A DNA stretch of 64,000 bases from Salpingoeca rosetta (Eukaryota > Protista > Choanoflagellata). The translations under genes were made by a program, and so were the position numbers. Within the stretch, counting starts at the first letter, position 1; each line of letters starts with the position of its first letter. The DNA lies in NCBI GenBank assembly GCA_033442325.1, contig JAWQFM010000006.1, positions 1,255,124-1,319,123 of the forward strand, given 5' to 3'. The notes under the pieces are model-generated. The model was given only the letters and a program-made list of their open reading frames with translations. It was not told where the DNA came from and searched no databases. Positions 1-13,742 of the stretch are shown here, one piece after another.

Positions 1-11
1 GGAGCCGTGGG

Positions 12-1839
12 CTAGGGTGTGACGCGAGCACTTGTGGCAGCAACGTCGCTTTGCTCTGAAGCAACCCACAGTGTGTGCATTGGACGCATGCAAGGCAGGC
101 ACGAAACCACTCATTTGAGAAACGTGAACACAAGTGCACACTAAACACGTCCATCCACCCACACGGCACGCCACGTCACGCGCCCGGTTCGCCAGTACAC
201 AGCATAACAGCACACCGCACCACACCGCAACACATGCCAACACGTGTCAACACACCTGCCGCCTGCTTTGTGAGCTGCATGGACGTAGCGAGCTGCTGCT
301 TGTGCCGCTCAAGGAGGGCATACACGGTGCGGCTGTATGCCAGCTGCTGCTGCTGGCTCAGCGCCTCCCGCTGCCGCTGCACCTGCATCTCCACGTCCAG
401 CTCCCGCGCAATTGCCGCCGCCATAGTCTGCCGCGCCCCAAACGACAGCTGCTGCTCCTTCAAAAAGTCCCGCACCACGGGGTCATTGCTCAGGACGATC
501 CTCCGCGTGTCTTTCTTCACGCTGGATGTTTCCTCCAGCAGCTCCTCCACGCGTTTCTCGTGCCGCTCCGTGCCCTCCTCCATCATGCGCTCCAGCATCG
601 CCGTCCGCTCCCGCATGGCCGTCGTCTCCGTCGCCAGCTGCTTCGCCCGCGCCCGCGTCTCCGCCACCTCGCCCTCCCGCACCCCAATCTCCTCCACCAG
701 CTCCTCCGTGTGCGCCGCCACCGCTGCCGCATCCGTCTGCAGCCGCTCCAGCGTCTCCGTCGCCTCCGCCTGCCGTGCGGGCGCCGACTCCACCCGCGCA
801 CGCGCCGCCAAGCACTCGGCCTGCACGTCGTCCCGCCGCTGCGTGGCCTCCGCCTCAATCCCCGCCAGCCGCTGCTCCTCGCAGTCCGTCTGCGTTTGCA
901 GTGCAGCGTGCTCTGCCCGCAGCTGCTTCTCGCGTGCTGTCGTGCGCTCGTATTCGGTGGACAGCGCCTCCTTCCGCTCCTCCAGTTGCGCCACGCGCGT
1001 GTCTGTGGCGGAAATGTCCGCCTCCAGCTTGGGCAGCACCGTCGCCGTGTCCTCGCGCACGCGCGCGTGAGTCTCGTTCACCTGCTGCAGGGCGGCTTGC
1101 ACGTGCGCGTGGAGGTCCTTCTCCACCGCCAGGTCCTCCTCCATCTCCCTGCAGCGGTGCTTGAGCGCGCGGTCGTCCAGCGCCATTGTCTCCTTCAGCT
1201 CCTGCACCTGCTGCCGGTGGTGCGTCACCTCCCGCATGGTCCGGTCGTACTCGTCCAGCGCCAGCTTGTACTGCCCCTCAATGCGCTGCATCTCCGCCTC
1301 CAGCGCCGCCTTGCCCGTCTCTGCAGACGTGATGGCCGCCTCTGTCGCCCGCACCACCTGCTCCTCGTTGAACAGCGCGTCGTCCGCGGCGTGAAGCTTC
1401 CCCGCGTCGTCGGCCAGCACGCCCTGCGCACGCTCCAGCGCCGCCCGCTGCTCCGCCATCGCCCGGTCCATGCGCTCGTGCTCGCTGGAGCTGTCGCGAA
1501 GGGCGGCCTCATATTGGGCAGCGCGCTCCTCGGCTGCAGCCTGCTCCTGCTCCACTTTCTCCTGCAGAGCCGACACCTGATAGCGTCGGTGGTGATCGTA
1601 TGGTGGTGATGGCATGGTGGCAGCGGTGGTGGTGGTGTTAGCGTGTTGGAATGGCGAAGAGGAACACGGTGTAGCGGTGTCGGTCGGGACAAGTTGGTAA
1701 ATGCGTAAGTGGGGAACAGGGGCGGGGACAAAAGCCGGAGGGAGGGAGAGCGGAAGAGGGGGGGGGGGTTGTGGAAGGGAAGGAGGAAACAGGGGAAAGT
1801 GAAATGAGGAAGCAGGGAACAAGAAGCATACACATAGAG

Positions 1840-1919
<80 letters not shown>

Positions 1920-2170
1920 CTAACCCACACGATCATACGATGTCGCGTGCACATTTGAGCAGGGACGGGCTGTCCTCTCCATAAGACGTACACACACACA
2001 CAGATCCACTCACGCAGTTAAAAAATCTCCCCNNNNNNNNNNNNNNNNNNNNNNNNNNNNNNNNNNNNNNNNNNNNNNNNNNNNNNNNNNNNNNNNNNNN
2101 NNNNNNNNNNNNNNNNNNNNNNNNNNNNNNNNACACACACACACACACACACCACACACACACGCACACA

Positions 2171-2202
<32 letters not shown>

Positions 2203-3221
2203 CACACTCACACACGCACGCACACACACACACGCACGCACGCACGCAGCGAAAAATCCCCACCGTCTCTCTGATCTGCTCTTTGGCCCGGAGAGCCTCC
2301 TGCACTTGCTGGCGGATGTGCTGCTGCTCCGTGATGCGCTTTGCAACCTTTGCCTTGAGCTCATCCGTGCGGTCGTCCGGTGCATGATCTGCCGCCTCTT
2401 CCTGCTGCAACAACTGCTGCGCGCGCGACAGCTGGCTCTCCGCGTCCTTAATCATGTCTGCGTGCGCGCGCTGTTCCTTGTTTGCGTGCGCCACCGTGTC
2501 GTCCCACGTGCCCTGCGCCTCGCGTTGCTGCTTGATGGCGGCGCTCAGCGCCTCCTGTGCATTCTGCAGCCGCTCCTCCACCGCTGCTGTTGTGTCGCCT
2601 TCGGTGGACACGCGCGTGTTCACGATAGTGCGCAGCTGCTCTGTGCGGTGGATGTCATCCGCGAGGCGTGCGCGCTCCTGCTCCGCCTCGTGCAGGCGCT
2701 CCCGCAGCCGCTGCAGGTTGAGCTGCATCTCGCTCAGGTGGACCCGCCGCTCGCGGATCTCGCTCAGGTTCTTGTGGGATTCGGCCTTGACTGCCAGGTC
2801 AATCTGCTGGCGCTGGAAGGTTTCAAACTCCTCCAGCTGGCGGCGGCGCTCCGCTTCCTCAAGCAGCCAGTACTTCCACCCACGCATGGTGAGCCGGCCG
2901 TCCATGGCCATGCGCTGCAGCAGGTGCTGCGCCTCCAGCAGCCGCCGCACCACCAGCTCATCGTTCTCCTCCACTGAGTTGGCCTCCAGCGCCCCTTTCT
3001 TCCTTCCTTTCTTCCGAGTCTGCTCGTTCAGCACCTCATTGTTGCTGCTCTGCTGGTGTGGGGTGAGGAGGAACGTTGACGGATGAGACACTGGGCCATG
3101 AAAGGGAAACGGTGAAAGTGGGCACGAGATCTCGTGCACAGACACACACACACACACGCACAGGCGCATGCATAGGCACACACACACACACACATAGGCA
3201 CACACACACACACACAGACAA

Positions 3222-3261
<40 letters not shown>

Positions 3262-3493
3262 AGACACACACACGCACACAAACATGCAAATCCGCACACA
3301 AGCACACACGCACTTCAAAGGCTTCCTTGAGTTGCGCCTGGAGATGCACATCCGCGATGGCCACAAGGGACTGGACCAACTCGACGCCTTGGTCTGCAAG
3401 CTGCTGCAATGAAGCAGCCCGCTGCTCCACATCATGCTGCTGTTGTTGTTGCTGCCCTTTTGCCTCTCCTTCCGTTGACGCCACAGACGTCAT
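12..3493 (-). CDS. Long coiled-coil protein, ~776 aa; exons approx. 3493-3314, 3049-2264, 1576-256, 55-12
   Basis: ATG at 3493 (MTSVASTEGEAK). GT..AG introns join ORFs 2018..3754 and 176..1999 in frame, and a short last exon ends in TAG at 14-12. Sequence is E/Q/A/R/L heptad-rich. Intron 2 contains an N gap, so a hidden exon is possible. Confidence 0.7.
2033..2132. other. Assembly gap (100 N) next to CA repeat
   Basis: Run of N. Confidence 0.99.
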
Positions 3494-3633
3494 GTTCGTC
3501 GTCTTGTTGTCTTGTCGTTCTTCGTATCTTCCTCTGCGGCTGTCTGCTGTTGGCAAGCAGCAGCGAGTGGCAAAAACGTGACGACTTGTTTTGCGCCCAC
3601 ACCCTCCAAGCCAAAGCAGCTCGGAGTGGATGG

Positions 3634-3992
3634 ATGGATGACACGACTGCGGTGGCCACAACGACAACGACGACGACGGCGACGACGACGACGGCTGTGA
3701 TGGATGGCGCACCGAGAAGCATCGGTGTTGGCGATCGCGTGCAGCATGGCACAACCAAGGGCAAGGTCATGTTTGTGGGACAAACACAGTTCAAGGAGGT
3801 CAGTGACCGACCATTTGATGCGTGTTCTGTGTGATGAGCATTTATGTGATGAGTGTGTGGTGCGACGTGGTGTCGTGTGTGTGTGGTTGACTGTACACCC
3901 GACGTTGGCTCGACTGTCAGCTTGCTGTGTACACACACACACATACACACACACACACATGTACACACACACACATGTACACACACATACAT

Positions 3993-4087
<95 letters not shown>

Positions 4088-6627
4088 TATGAACCCGCCA
4101 GGGCACATGGGTGGGCATTTGGTTGGATGAGCCAAAGGGAAAGAACGATGGGTCGGTGCGAGGCGTGCGGTACTTCGAATGCCCAATGAAGCACGGCCTG
4201 TTTGCCAAGGTCGACAAGGTGGTACTCCTCCAAGCTGCTGCTGGCAAGACAGCCGAAGAAGTACAAGAGGAGATACAGCACAAGGACCATTTGCAGCATT
4301 CACAGCAACAGCAGCCTGAGCCAGGTCGTCGCGACATCGAACTGAAGCCTCAACGCATCTCGCCGCAGCCGAGTGACGCGCACGCGTCGGCAAACGGTAG
4401 CACGGTGCAATCACACGACGACACCGAAGCTACCCACCCCCAAACACCACCACCACAACAACAACAGCAGCAGAATGAGAATGATTTCGAGGGCGAGTTG
4501 AGCAGGTTACGCGAGCACCATGCGCGGGAGATGGCGGCATTGCGAGAAAGCGTGGAGGCACGCGAAGCAGCGTTGCGGGCCGCAACGGCAAAGCAGGAGC
4601 AGCTCGAGACGGAGCACACCGCCCAGCTTGACATGCTGAACGAGGAGCTGGCGTCGTTTCGCGCCAAGGCAACGGCCGCCAAGGAGCGCGAAGACCAGCT
4701 GCAGGCTCAGTTGTTGGACACGGACACAAACCACAGATCGGCGCTGGAAGCCATGCAGCGCGCGCACAAGGCGGCGAGCGAGAAGGCGGCGGCCCAGCAC
4801 GAGGAGCAGGTCAGCACGCTGCAATCGGAACTGGCCGAACTGAAAGCGCAGCAGCAGCTGCTGCAGGACAGCAACACCGCAACCAGCGAAGCCGCACGTG
4901 CACGCACGGCCGAGCTGGAACAAACCAAGCACGCGCTCGAAGCAAAAGTGAGCGAACTGGAGGCGGCGGCGGCAGCACAACAGCAGCAGCAAGAGGAAGA
5001 GCAGAGACGGGCCGTGGCCGCCGCGGAGAAGGAGAGGGATGCAGCAGCAGAGGAGGCGGCAGCAGCACGCACACGTGCGCAGGCGCTGTCGGATGAACTT
5101 GCCACTGCGCAGCAGCAGCTCAGAGAGGCACAGGACAAGATGGAGCAGGAAGAGACGATGAGAAACGCAGAGGAGGACGAGAGGAGGAAGAGAAAGCAGG
5201 CAGAGGAACAACTGGAGGAGCGACGCGCGGAAGCCGAACTGCAGCAGAGGGAAGAAGAACAGCAACAGCAACAGCAACAGCAGCAACGCAGCGAGGAAAG
5301 GGATCGCTTGCAGCGGGAGCGTGAAGCCGCGTTTGAGCAGCAGCTGCAGCACCTCCGCAGCGCGCTTGACGCTGAACAGCAGCAGTGCCGGGCCCGAAGG
5401 GAACGAGAGGCGACGCTGACGGCACGCGTGGAAGCGCTGGAGCAAGAGGCGGAGCAGCGAGAGAGCGCGTGGAAGGAGAAGGAGGCCACATGGGCTGCAC
5501 AGTGGGAGGAGCGGGTGCGCGAGAGCACGCAGGCGACAGCGCGTGACGTGGAAACACAAACAGCGGGTTGGCAGCAGAAGGTGGCTGATTTACAGGCGCA
5601 ACTTGCTGCGGCCGAGCAACGATTACAGGGCCAGGATGCCAAACACCAGCAAGACCGTGACCAGCTGATGGCAGTACACGAAGACCAGCGCACAGCACTC
5701 GAGCAGGTGTGTGCGTGCATGTCTGTGTGAGTAAGTGTGCTTGCATGCTTGTGTGTGTGTGTTTGCATGTGTGCTTGCATTCCTGTGTGTGTGGGTGTGT
5801 TTGCATGTGTGTTTGCGTGTGTTTGCATGTGTGTTTGCGTGTGTGTGCATGTGAATGTGCAAGTCGTTGGAGAGTTGAGAACATGGATGCCCTTGCCTCA
5901 TTCTGAAAGTTGTGCCTGCACAGGAGATATCGCAGCTTCAACAGCAGCTGGAAACCGTTCAGGTAAGGCCTGTGCCGTTTGTTCCTTTGGAACCAAAACG
6001 TTCACTCAATGTTAACGGTGAAACCACGACACCATTGCTGCATGTACATGGCCCACTCGCTCGCTCCTCTCACACAACCCCACGCGCATGCATCACGCGG
6101 CACGATAGGCTGACACGAGCGCGATTGTGTCCGAGGTGACGGCGGCGCTGGAGACCGCAAACAGCGAGAAACAGGACGCACTGGCACGCGCGCAGAGGAG
6201 CGATGATGCCCTTGCGCACTTGAAGCAGGTGCGTCGTGGTGCGTGTTGCCCTCCTTTGTGTTTGCTCGGTATCTACATCCCTTTGTCCGTTTGGTGTTGG
6301 AAGCTGCTCTTCGCAACATCTTCATGCCTGACCCTTCCGGTTCCCTCCCCCGTTTTCTCCCATGTCTCTCTCTCCGCCACTCCCTTGTGCCTTCTTTAAC
6401 ATCGCCACTCACCGCGACTTGCTCTTGCGCCTAACTCGACACCCCGCCTTCATGATTGTCCGCTTTGTGCGCGACCCAGACGCATGAACAGGTGCTGCAC
6501 GAGAAGCAGGCGCTTGAGGCGGACTTGCACGCGCAGGGCGACGACACGAGCGCATTGCACGAGCAAGTGGCAACGTTCAAGCAGTCCCTCTCCACCCTCC
6601 AAACCATCAACGCCGATCTCCAGCAGA

Positions 6628-6710
<83 letters not shown>

Positions 6711-7900
6711 ACTAGTTTCGCTTGCGGATGCAGGAAGACCCATGTCACCCCCCCCCCCTTTTCTCTTCGTCCCCTCTGCTTCCCACTCACCACTTCTGGC
6801 GCATGCATGCATGCATGATGTGCTGTCAGGCTGAGCGCGTGAGCGGTCTCGAATCGACCGTGGCGGACCTGCATCGGCAGCTGGAGGAGACGCGCGCGCG
6901 TGCGAATGTATTGCAGGCGGAAGCGGCGAAGAAGGACGAGGAGCTGACGGCTACACGAGACAAGGGTGCGCAGGCACTGGCAGACGCAAAGGCGAAGCAC
7001 GCGCGCAAGATGAAGGAGGCGAAGGAGAGCAACGCCGCACAGGTGCAGCGGCTGACGCGGGAGCGGGACGAGGCGGTCAAGGCGCGCGAGGAGCTGGAGC
7101 AAACGCGGCTGCTGCAGTCTGCAGCGGCGCTGTCAGCACAGCGGGACCTGCAGGTGAAGCTGGAAGCAGAGCAGGCGCAGGCGGCAGCGCTGAAGAAGGA
7201 GCTGGAGGACGTGCAAGGCGAGCAGTCCTCCCTTGCAGCGAAACTGGCGGCAGCGGAGGGTGAGGTGTCTGCGCTGCAGGCGACGGTGCGCGAACGCAAC
7301 GCCTCTGAGGAACAACTCGAAGAGCAGGTGTCGGCGATGGTTGTGCACGTGCAGACGCAGAAGCGGGAGATTGAGGCACTGGAGGCGACGCTGGAGCGGG
7401 TGCTGTCGCGGCTGGACGAGGCGGTGGAGAAAGGGGCCGTTGCGCCGCTGAAGCCGTCGGAGATCCGGCTGCTCGGGGCGCGTCCGGCCCGCGAGCAAGC
7501 GCTGTCCATCAGCATCCCGACGTTCACCACCATGCAGTACCGCGGAAGCGAGTACCACGTGTACCAGATCTACATCACGGTGGGCGAGGAGCAGTGGGTC
7601 ATCTACCGGCGGTATCGGGAGCTGCTCGAGTTCCACCGCGACGTGTCCCGCCACCTGCAGGGCGCGCAGGCGCTGTCGTTCCCGCCAAAGGTGACGCTTG
7701 GCAGCCGCAACACCAAGGTGGTGGAGGAGCGCCGGGTTGCGCTGCAGTCATACCTGCAGCACGTGGTGCGGCTGGCGCGCACGACTCCGGGGACGCCTGT
7801 GCAGCAGGAGCTGAGCAAGGAGGCGCTGCTGCTCACGCTGCCGTTCCTTGCTGAGGACACCAGCTCCCTTGCCCCTCTCCCGGCGTTTGATGACCAGTGA
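3634..7900 (+). CDS. CAP-Gly + long coiled coil + C-terminal PX domain (SNX29/KIF16B-type) protein, ~1049 aa; exons 3634-3798, 4102-5706, 5924-5962, 6109-6228, 6480-6629, 6830-7900
   Basis: CAP-Gly: VGDRV...[13 protein letters not shown]|[34 protein letters not shown] (GKNDG motif). PX: [28 protein letters not shown]...[26 protein letters not shown]. All introns GT..AG, phase 0. Confidence 0.88.
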
Positions 7901-8212
7901 ACAAGAGATACAAGTTTGGAGGGAGGTCGTCAAACCCTCTGTTTTGTGTGTGTGTGTGTGTGTGTGTGCCTGCGTGTCTGTATGTGTGTGTGTGTGTGTG
8001 TGTCTGTGCGTGCGTGTGTGTGTGGGGGGGGGGTTTTCTGTGTGTCTGTGTGTATGTATGTGTGTCTGTGCCTGTGTATGTGTCTGTGTGTGTGTGTGTG
8101 TGTGTGTGCCTGTGTGTATGTGTGTCTGTGTGCGTGTCTGTGTGTGCCTGTGTGTATGTGTGTCTGTGTGCGTGTCTGTGTGTCTCTGTGCGTGTGTGTC
8201 TGTGCGTGTGTC

Positions 8213-8293
<81 letters not shown>

Positions 8294-8877
8294 CTGCCCT
8301 TGATTCATTGGTTGTTGTGTTTGTGCATACCTCCTCCACCTGCAAATGCAAGCAGCACCTGTGTACATGCTTCGCTGCTGCAGCTGCTCTCTGCGCATTT
8401 GTTCCCTCCCTTGCCCACTGTGTTGTGTGTCTAGGACCATTAGCATTACCTGCTCCCTGCACCCTGTTATTCTTCCCTTCCCTTTCCTCCTTTCAGCAGC
8501 GATGCAGTTGTCTGATTGTTTACTACGTTCTGCATGTCACCCCCATGTGAGCGGCACGACCTCTTTCCCCATCTCTCTGTCATTCACAAATACACGACCA
8601 ACCCCACCGCCAAGCTGGCCTTGTTGCGCGCCAACTCTAATGCGAGCACGCTGGCGTTGCCCCTCCTTGTGGCTGGTTGGCACGCGAATGTACGCACCAC
8701 TCCACAACTGCAAACCCTCACGTGCCGCAGCAACGTCCGATTACCTCACCATTCACACGGCAACCCTCCTTCCTTCCTCCTTCCTCCCTCCTCCTCCACG
8801 CAAGTGCGCCTACTCCCATCCTCCTCTCGCGCTCTTGTCCAATGTACATGCTCGATTAGATGTGCACCGCTCGCAGT

Positions 8878-9954
8878 TCAATACCTGTGGTGTGGGAAGG
8901 GCGGTGGGGGCGGCCAGCTGCGATTTGGATGATCATAGCGCGGGTGCGCAGGCCACGGGCGTGGTGGTGCCACGCCTTGCGCCGGACCTCGCAATATTGG
9001 TTGTGTAGGTGGAGGCGGTGGAGGCTGTCTTGGCTGCGCGAGCAAGGTGCGCCCTTGTTGCCAGCGTGGTGGCGGTGGCGGGTGGTGAGGCGCGCGTGCG
9101 ACGTCGTGGCGGTGGTGATAAGGGGGCTGGTGTGGGGAATGGGCGAATGGGGGCCGATCTGGGCGTGGCAGCGGACGATGGTGTTGTGCAGGGCGCGGCA
9201 TGTCGCGGCGCTGTTGGCCACCACGGCGAGGCGGTGTCCTGCTGCGATGAGCGTGTGACGCTGGAGACGGGGAGTTCCCGCGTTGGCGAGCTGGTGACGA
9301 GGCGCCACTGGCATCGCCAGCGGCTGCCCTGCTTGTCGCTGGTACCACTGGCGAGGACGACGTTCTCGCGCGGGAACCGTCGTGGGTTGTGGTGTCGCCG
9401 GCGCTGGCAGCTGTGTTGGTTTGGCCTGACCTGGACCTGGGCGTGGCGCTCGTGCGTTCTTGCGAGGCTGCAGTTGTCGCTGGTGATTCCTGCGGCGTGT
9501 GCGGTGACGCAGAGTGTGCCGATGTGTGGGAGTGCAGACTGTTGTCGAGGTTGTTCTGCCTGCTACTTGTGCTGCTGCCGTTGTGCGTGTGGTTGGTCAC
9601 ATGTGTGTCTTGCTGGTGCGTGGACGCAGCTGCTGTCGTTGGGCTGCCGCCGTCTTTCCATCTCTTGTGTGCAGGCTCGTGTGCAGGCTCGTGTGCAGGC
9701 TCGTGTGCAGGCTCGTGTGCGTTTGGTTCACTGGCGCTGTTTGGCTGTGCGCTGGTGTGTCGAGGAATGTGCTTGACGTCGCCGCCGTTGCCACTGCTGA
9801 TTCTTCGATGGTGAAACGCGTACAGCTCCTCGACTTTGGCGTCCTTCAAGCGCTCAAGCTCGCCCTCGAGCTCCTGCACCCTGGACACGAGCCTGCTCAC
9901 CACGTCCACCAGCTCCTGCGGCGCAGTCGACAGCACGCCTTCCAGGTGCTCCAT
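8878..9954 (-). CDS. Hypothetical protein, 358 aa: short N-terminal coiled coil, then disordered S/T/H/P-rich tail
   Basis: Open frame from ATG (MEHLEGVLSTAPQELVDVVSRLVSRVQELEGELERLK), tandem AHEP repeats. A possible donor near 8884 makes the 3' end uncertain. Confidence 0.6.
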   Translation of the reverse strand: MEHLEGVLSTAPQELVDVVSRLVSRVQELEGELERLKDAKVEELYAFHHRRISSGNGGDVKHIPRHTSAQPNSASEPNAHEPAHEPAHEPAHEPAHKRWKDGGSPTTAAASTHQQDTHVTNHTHNGSSTSSRQNNLDNSLHSHTSAHSASPHTPQESPATTAASQERTSATPRSRSGQTNTAASAGDTTTHDGSRARTSSSPVVPATSRAAAGDASGASSPARQRGNSPSPASHAHRSRTPPRRGGQQRRDMPRPAQHHRPLPRPDRPPFAHSPHQPPYHHRHDVARAPHHPPPPPRWQQGRTLLAQPRQPPPPPPTQPILRGPAQGVAPPRPWPAHPRYDHPNRSWPPPPPFPHHRY

Positions 9955-10100
9955 GTGCGGCGTTGTGTGTGTGCAGTTAGTTGTTGGCGGTGTGGTTTGT
10001 GGTTGGTTGGGGAGTTTTCTTGTGCGACACGACGAAATGCGGGAGATTGCGTTTGGTGCTGTGCTCTGTCTGTGTGTGTGTGTGTGTACATGTGTGTGTT

Positions 10101-10145
<45 letters not shown>

Positions 10146-10408
10146 ATGTGTGTGTGTGTGTGTCAGCTGGGTCTCCCCCTCCCCCTCTTTCCCCGCCCCG
10201 CCTCAGTCTCCCCGTGTCTGCGAACTCTCTGGTTGCGTGGCGTGTCTGCGCTGCGCTGGCATACGAGCTACGCTGATGTATGTTGTTGTGAAGAGACAGT
10301 TAATGATGACCAAAAAGGAGATTACCGAACAAGGGAAGAAGGTGCACGCGATGTACAAGTCTTCCATTCTCCCAGTGCGTAACGAAACAGCACTCGCTCA
10401 CTCGGGCT

Positions 10409-10612
10409 TCAGATAACGCCATACCACTGATCGTCCAGGGAAGCGGTGCGCTCCAACACATCAAAGTCTCCGTTGAACATTTTCAGCTCAGCGACAACGC
10501 GAGACACCTGGCAAAGGTGGTAACAGCGGGTATTACGGGTGAGAACGAGCGAGATCATAAGTGTGAGGTGTGTGTGTGTGTGGTGTGTGTGTGAGTGAGT
10601 GAGTGTGAGTGC

Positions 10613-10654
<42 letters not shown>

Positions 10655-11219
10655 GTGAGAGGGTGTGTGAGTGAGTGAATGTGTGTGTGAAGGGGAGACA
10701 CAGCCAGGCAACCAGACGCTGTGACGGCGAGACAAAGCTTGGTGGGGCTCATTTCAAGCTCGCCTCATTGTGTCCATCACGCAGCACACACACGCGTACA
10801 AGAAGTACACCGCAAACACACACACACACACACACACACATGTGCAGCAAGGCGGCACACACGACCTGGGAGGAGAAGGTGCCGACGAGGAAGCGAGCAG
10901 AGGCCATGATGTAAATTTCGCACAGAAGGTTCTCCAGGGATTCGAGCGAGACACGGGTAGACATTTTCGTCGCAAGGCTAGCGCCTAGCATCAACATCAC
11001 AAGCAATCAACACCACAAGCAACCATGCATGCAAGCAGTGAGTAAGTGAGTTGGTTGAATGGTTTGGCATGTCGAAAAGGGGAACTGAGAACAGAGGCAA
11101 GCTCATGAGGAGAGCGAGCGCTGGTGGTAGGAACCGAAGCACAGCACACTCACTCACTCGCTCGCTCTCACACAACAGCGGCCCAAAACACCACAGCACA
11201 CCAAAAGTGCGCGCGCTTG

Positions 11220-11303
<84 letters not shown>

Positions 11304-11403
11304 NNNNNNNNNNNNNNNNNNNNNNNNNNNNNNNNNNNNNNNNNNNNNNNNNNNNNNNNNNNNNNNNNNNNNNNNNNNNNNNNNNNNNNNNNNNNNNNNN
11401 NNN

Positions 11404-11479
<76 letters not shown>

Positions 11480-11540
11480 GCACACGCGCAACGCGCACAG
11501 CTCACAGCTCACAGCTCACACACAAACACACACACACAAG

Positions 11541-11572
<32 letters not shown>

Positions 11573-13086
11573 AACAAGAACACACGCACAGCTCGCAGCT
11601 CGCAGCTCACAGCTCACACACGAAGACGCACACACACACACACAGAAGCACACGCACAGCTCACACAACACAAGCACACGCGCACAAGCAGCGGAAGACC
11701 TTCTGGATTCCAGACAATGCGGTTGTGGCGCCATGTGCTGAGGGAGTTGCGGTCGCCCTCTGCAAAGATGGAGGGGTCATCTGTAGCCACAAAGGCGGTG
11801 GTGTTGGGCGTGTACGAGTGCATGGTGTGCCAGTACTGGCTGTCGCTGAAGAGAAAGTGGTCCACGTGCAAAAAGTACTCGCGCCAGCAATGCAGCTTTG
11901 CCTCCTTCTTCAGCTTGTCCGTCATGCGAATGTGCACGGCAAAGTCAACGGGGAGGGACAGCTGCAAGTCGGCCAGCTTTCGCTGCAGTATGGCCTTCAT
12001 GCGCGCGTTTGGGCGCATCAGCCAGCCAATCAGCTGCCCAACATACCACAAGCGGGCATCGCGCTTGCGCAGGAACAGGGCCTCCACCTCGTCCCGGATG
12101 AACGCTGGCAAGGGGTGATCAAAGGCCTCCTTTGAGGACAGGACCGGGGATAGCCGAAACGTCGCCACAGTGGAGTTGATGCCGTGCATTGAGGGTCCCA
12201 ACGAACGGTCGTCGGCCGAGCGCCGCACGCGTTGCATTGCGAGATCGTCCTTGGATTGGTGCAGGGTGATGGGCCGGCGCACGGGCTCAAACAAGCAGTC
12301 CCAGCCGCTGCAGTCGGGGCCGTCTGTGCGGTAGGTGCCAATCATCCTTGGCATGTACATGGTCCGATTTGTCTCCAATGCCCGGTTCAAGCACACTGCG
12401 ACGCGGTGCATGAGGCAGCCGAACCCGCATCCGGCCATCATCTCGCACACCATGATGTTGCTGCTGTCCCCAAACTGCGTGTCATGCAGGCGCTGCAGTA
12501 CGCGGGCCTGCAGCTCCCGCAACCTCTCATGCCGCTCCTTCTTGGAAAGCGCCGTGTGCCAAAAAGGGAACGAGTGCGTGTTACTGTTGACCTTCGTGGC
12601 ATCGTTGTTGTTGCTGCTGTTGTTGTTGTTGTTGGCATGGTCATTGGCGTCGCGGTGGTGGGTGACTTTGCTTGTCCGTGCTGGTGGCACTGCGGCATTC
12701 GGGTGCTTGGTGCGTGTGCGCTTGCCAGACCGACGGCGAGCTGGACTGGGTCTGCGATTCACGGCACTCGCAGCAGCGTCTGGCCATGTCACTTCCAAAT
12801 CAGCTGCAGCAACAGTGCTTGCTTCAGGCCCCAGCGGTGGAGGGTGGTTGTTCCTGCCGCTCTGTCGTTGGCTGCCTCGTTGCTGTTGTTGTTGTTGTTG
12901 TTGTGTGTTGGTCCAAGCTGTGTGATAATTGTCAAGGTTCAAGTCGCTTCTGCTTTGCATGTGGTGCTGGTGGAGCTTGTGGTGTTGGTGCTGGTACACG
13001 AGCGAGAAAAAGATCACGCCAAGGCACACCCCAAACACAAATGCTCCCGTGGCGATTGCAGCCACCCAGCTCTGTCGCACCGGCAT
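10409..13086 (-). CDS. FUT8: Alpha-1,6-fucosyltransferase-like (GT23/FUT8 family) type II membrane protein, ~534 aa; exons 13086-11700, 10984-10866, 10507-10409
   Basis: N-terminal TM helix, then FUT8-like motifs in order: CEMMAGCGFGCLMH, AVHIRMTDKLKKEA, FVATDDPS, IMASARFLVGTFSSQ|VSRVVAELK, SLDDQWY. Exon phases join in frame. Confidence 0.88.
11304..11403. other. Assembly gap (100 N) within (CA)n in FUT8-like intron 1
   Basis: Run of N. Confidence 0.99.
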
Positions 13087-13279
13087 CAGTGTGTGTGTAT
13101 GTGTATGTGTGTGTGTGTTGGGGGGGGGGGGGGTGAGAGGGAGAGCAAGCAAGCAAGCAAGCAAGGAAGCAAGCGAGAAGCTCGCTTTTGCTCGCTGAGT
13201 CCTGCCGTTGCGGAAATGTCGTGGATATTTTCTTTCAATCGCCACAACTTGCAGCTGCCACAGGCGCACGAATACAACA

Positions 13280-13448
13280 ATGGGGGACAGCAGTCGTGGC
13301 GGTGGTTATGGCCGTGGTTATGGTGGACGTGGTGGGTTTCGGCCGCCGTTTGGTGGGGCGATGCCGCCACCTCCCTGGGCACAACCGCCTTCCATGGGTA
13401 TGGGCAGGGGAATTGGGCCACCACTCATCTCAGCGGTACGTACATTTC

Positions 13449-13532
<84 letters not shown>

Positions 13533-13678
13533 CGTGTGTGTGTGTGCGTGTGTGTGTGTGTGTGCGTGTGTGTATGTGTGTGCAGAAATGCTTGCATGCT
13601 GATGCTAGCGCAGGCATTGTGTTCGACTGCGCGCTCACGCTCGCGCCATCTTCGCTCGAATATTGTCACATTTCAACG

Positions 13679-13742
<64 letters not shown>

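Noticed and set aside
75-1609. Plus-strand 331-aa and 491-aa ORFs
   Set aside because: Antisense shadows of the minus-strand coiled-coil exon.
9665-9720. 12-bp tandem repeat (AHEP x4)
   Set aside because: Ordinary coding minisatellite in a disordered region with no sign of special function.
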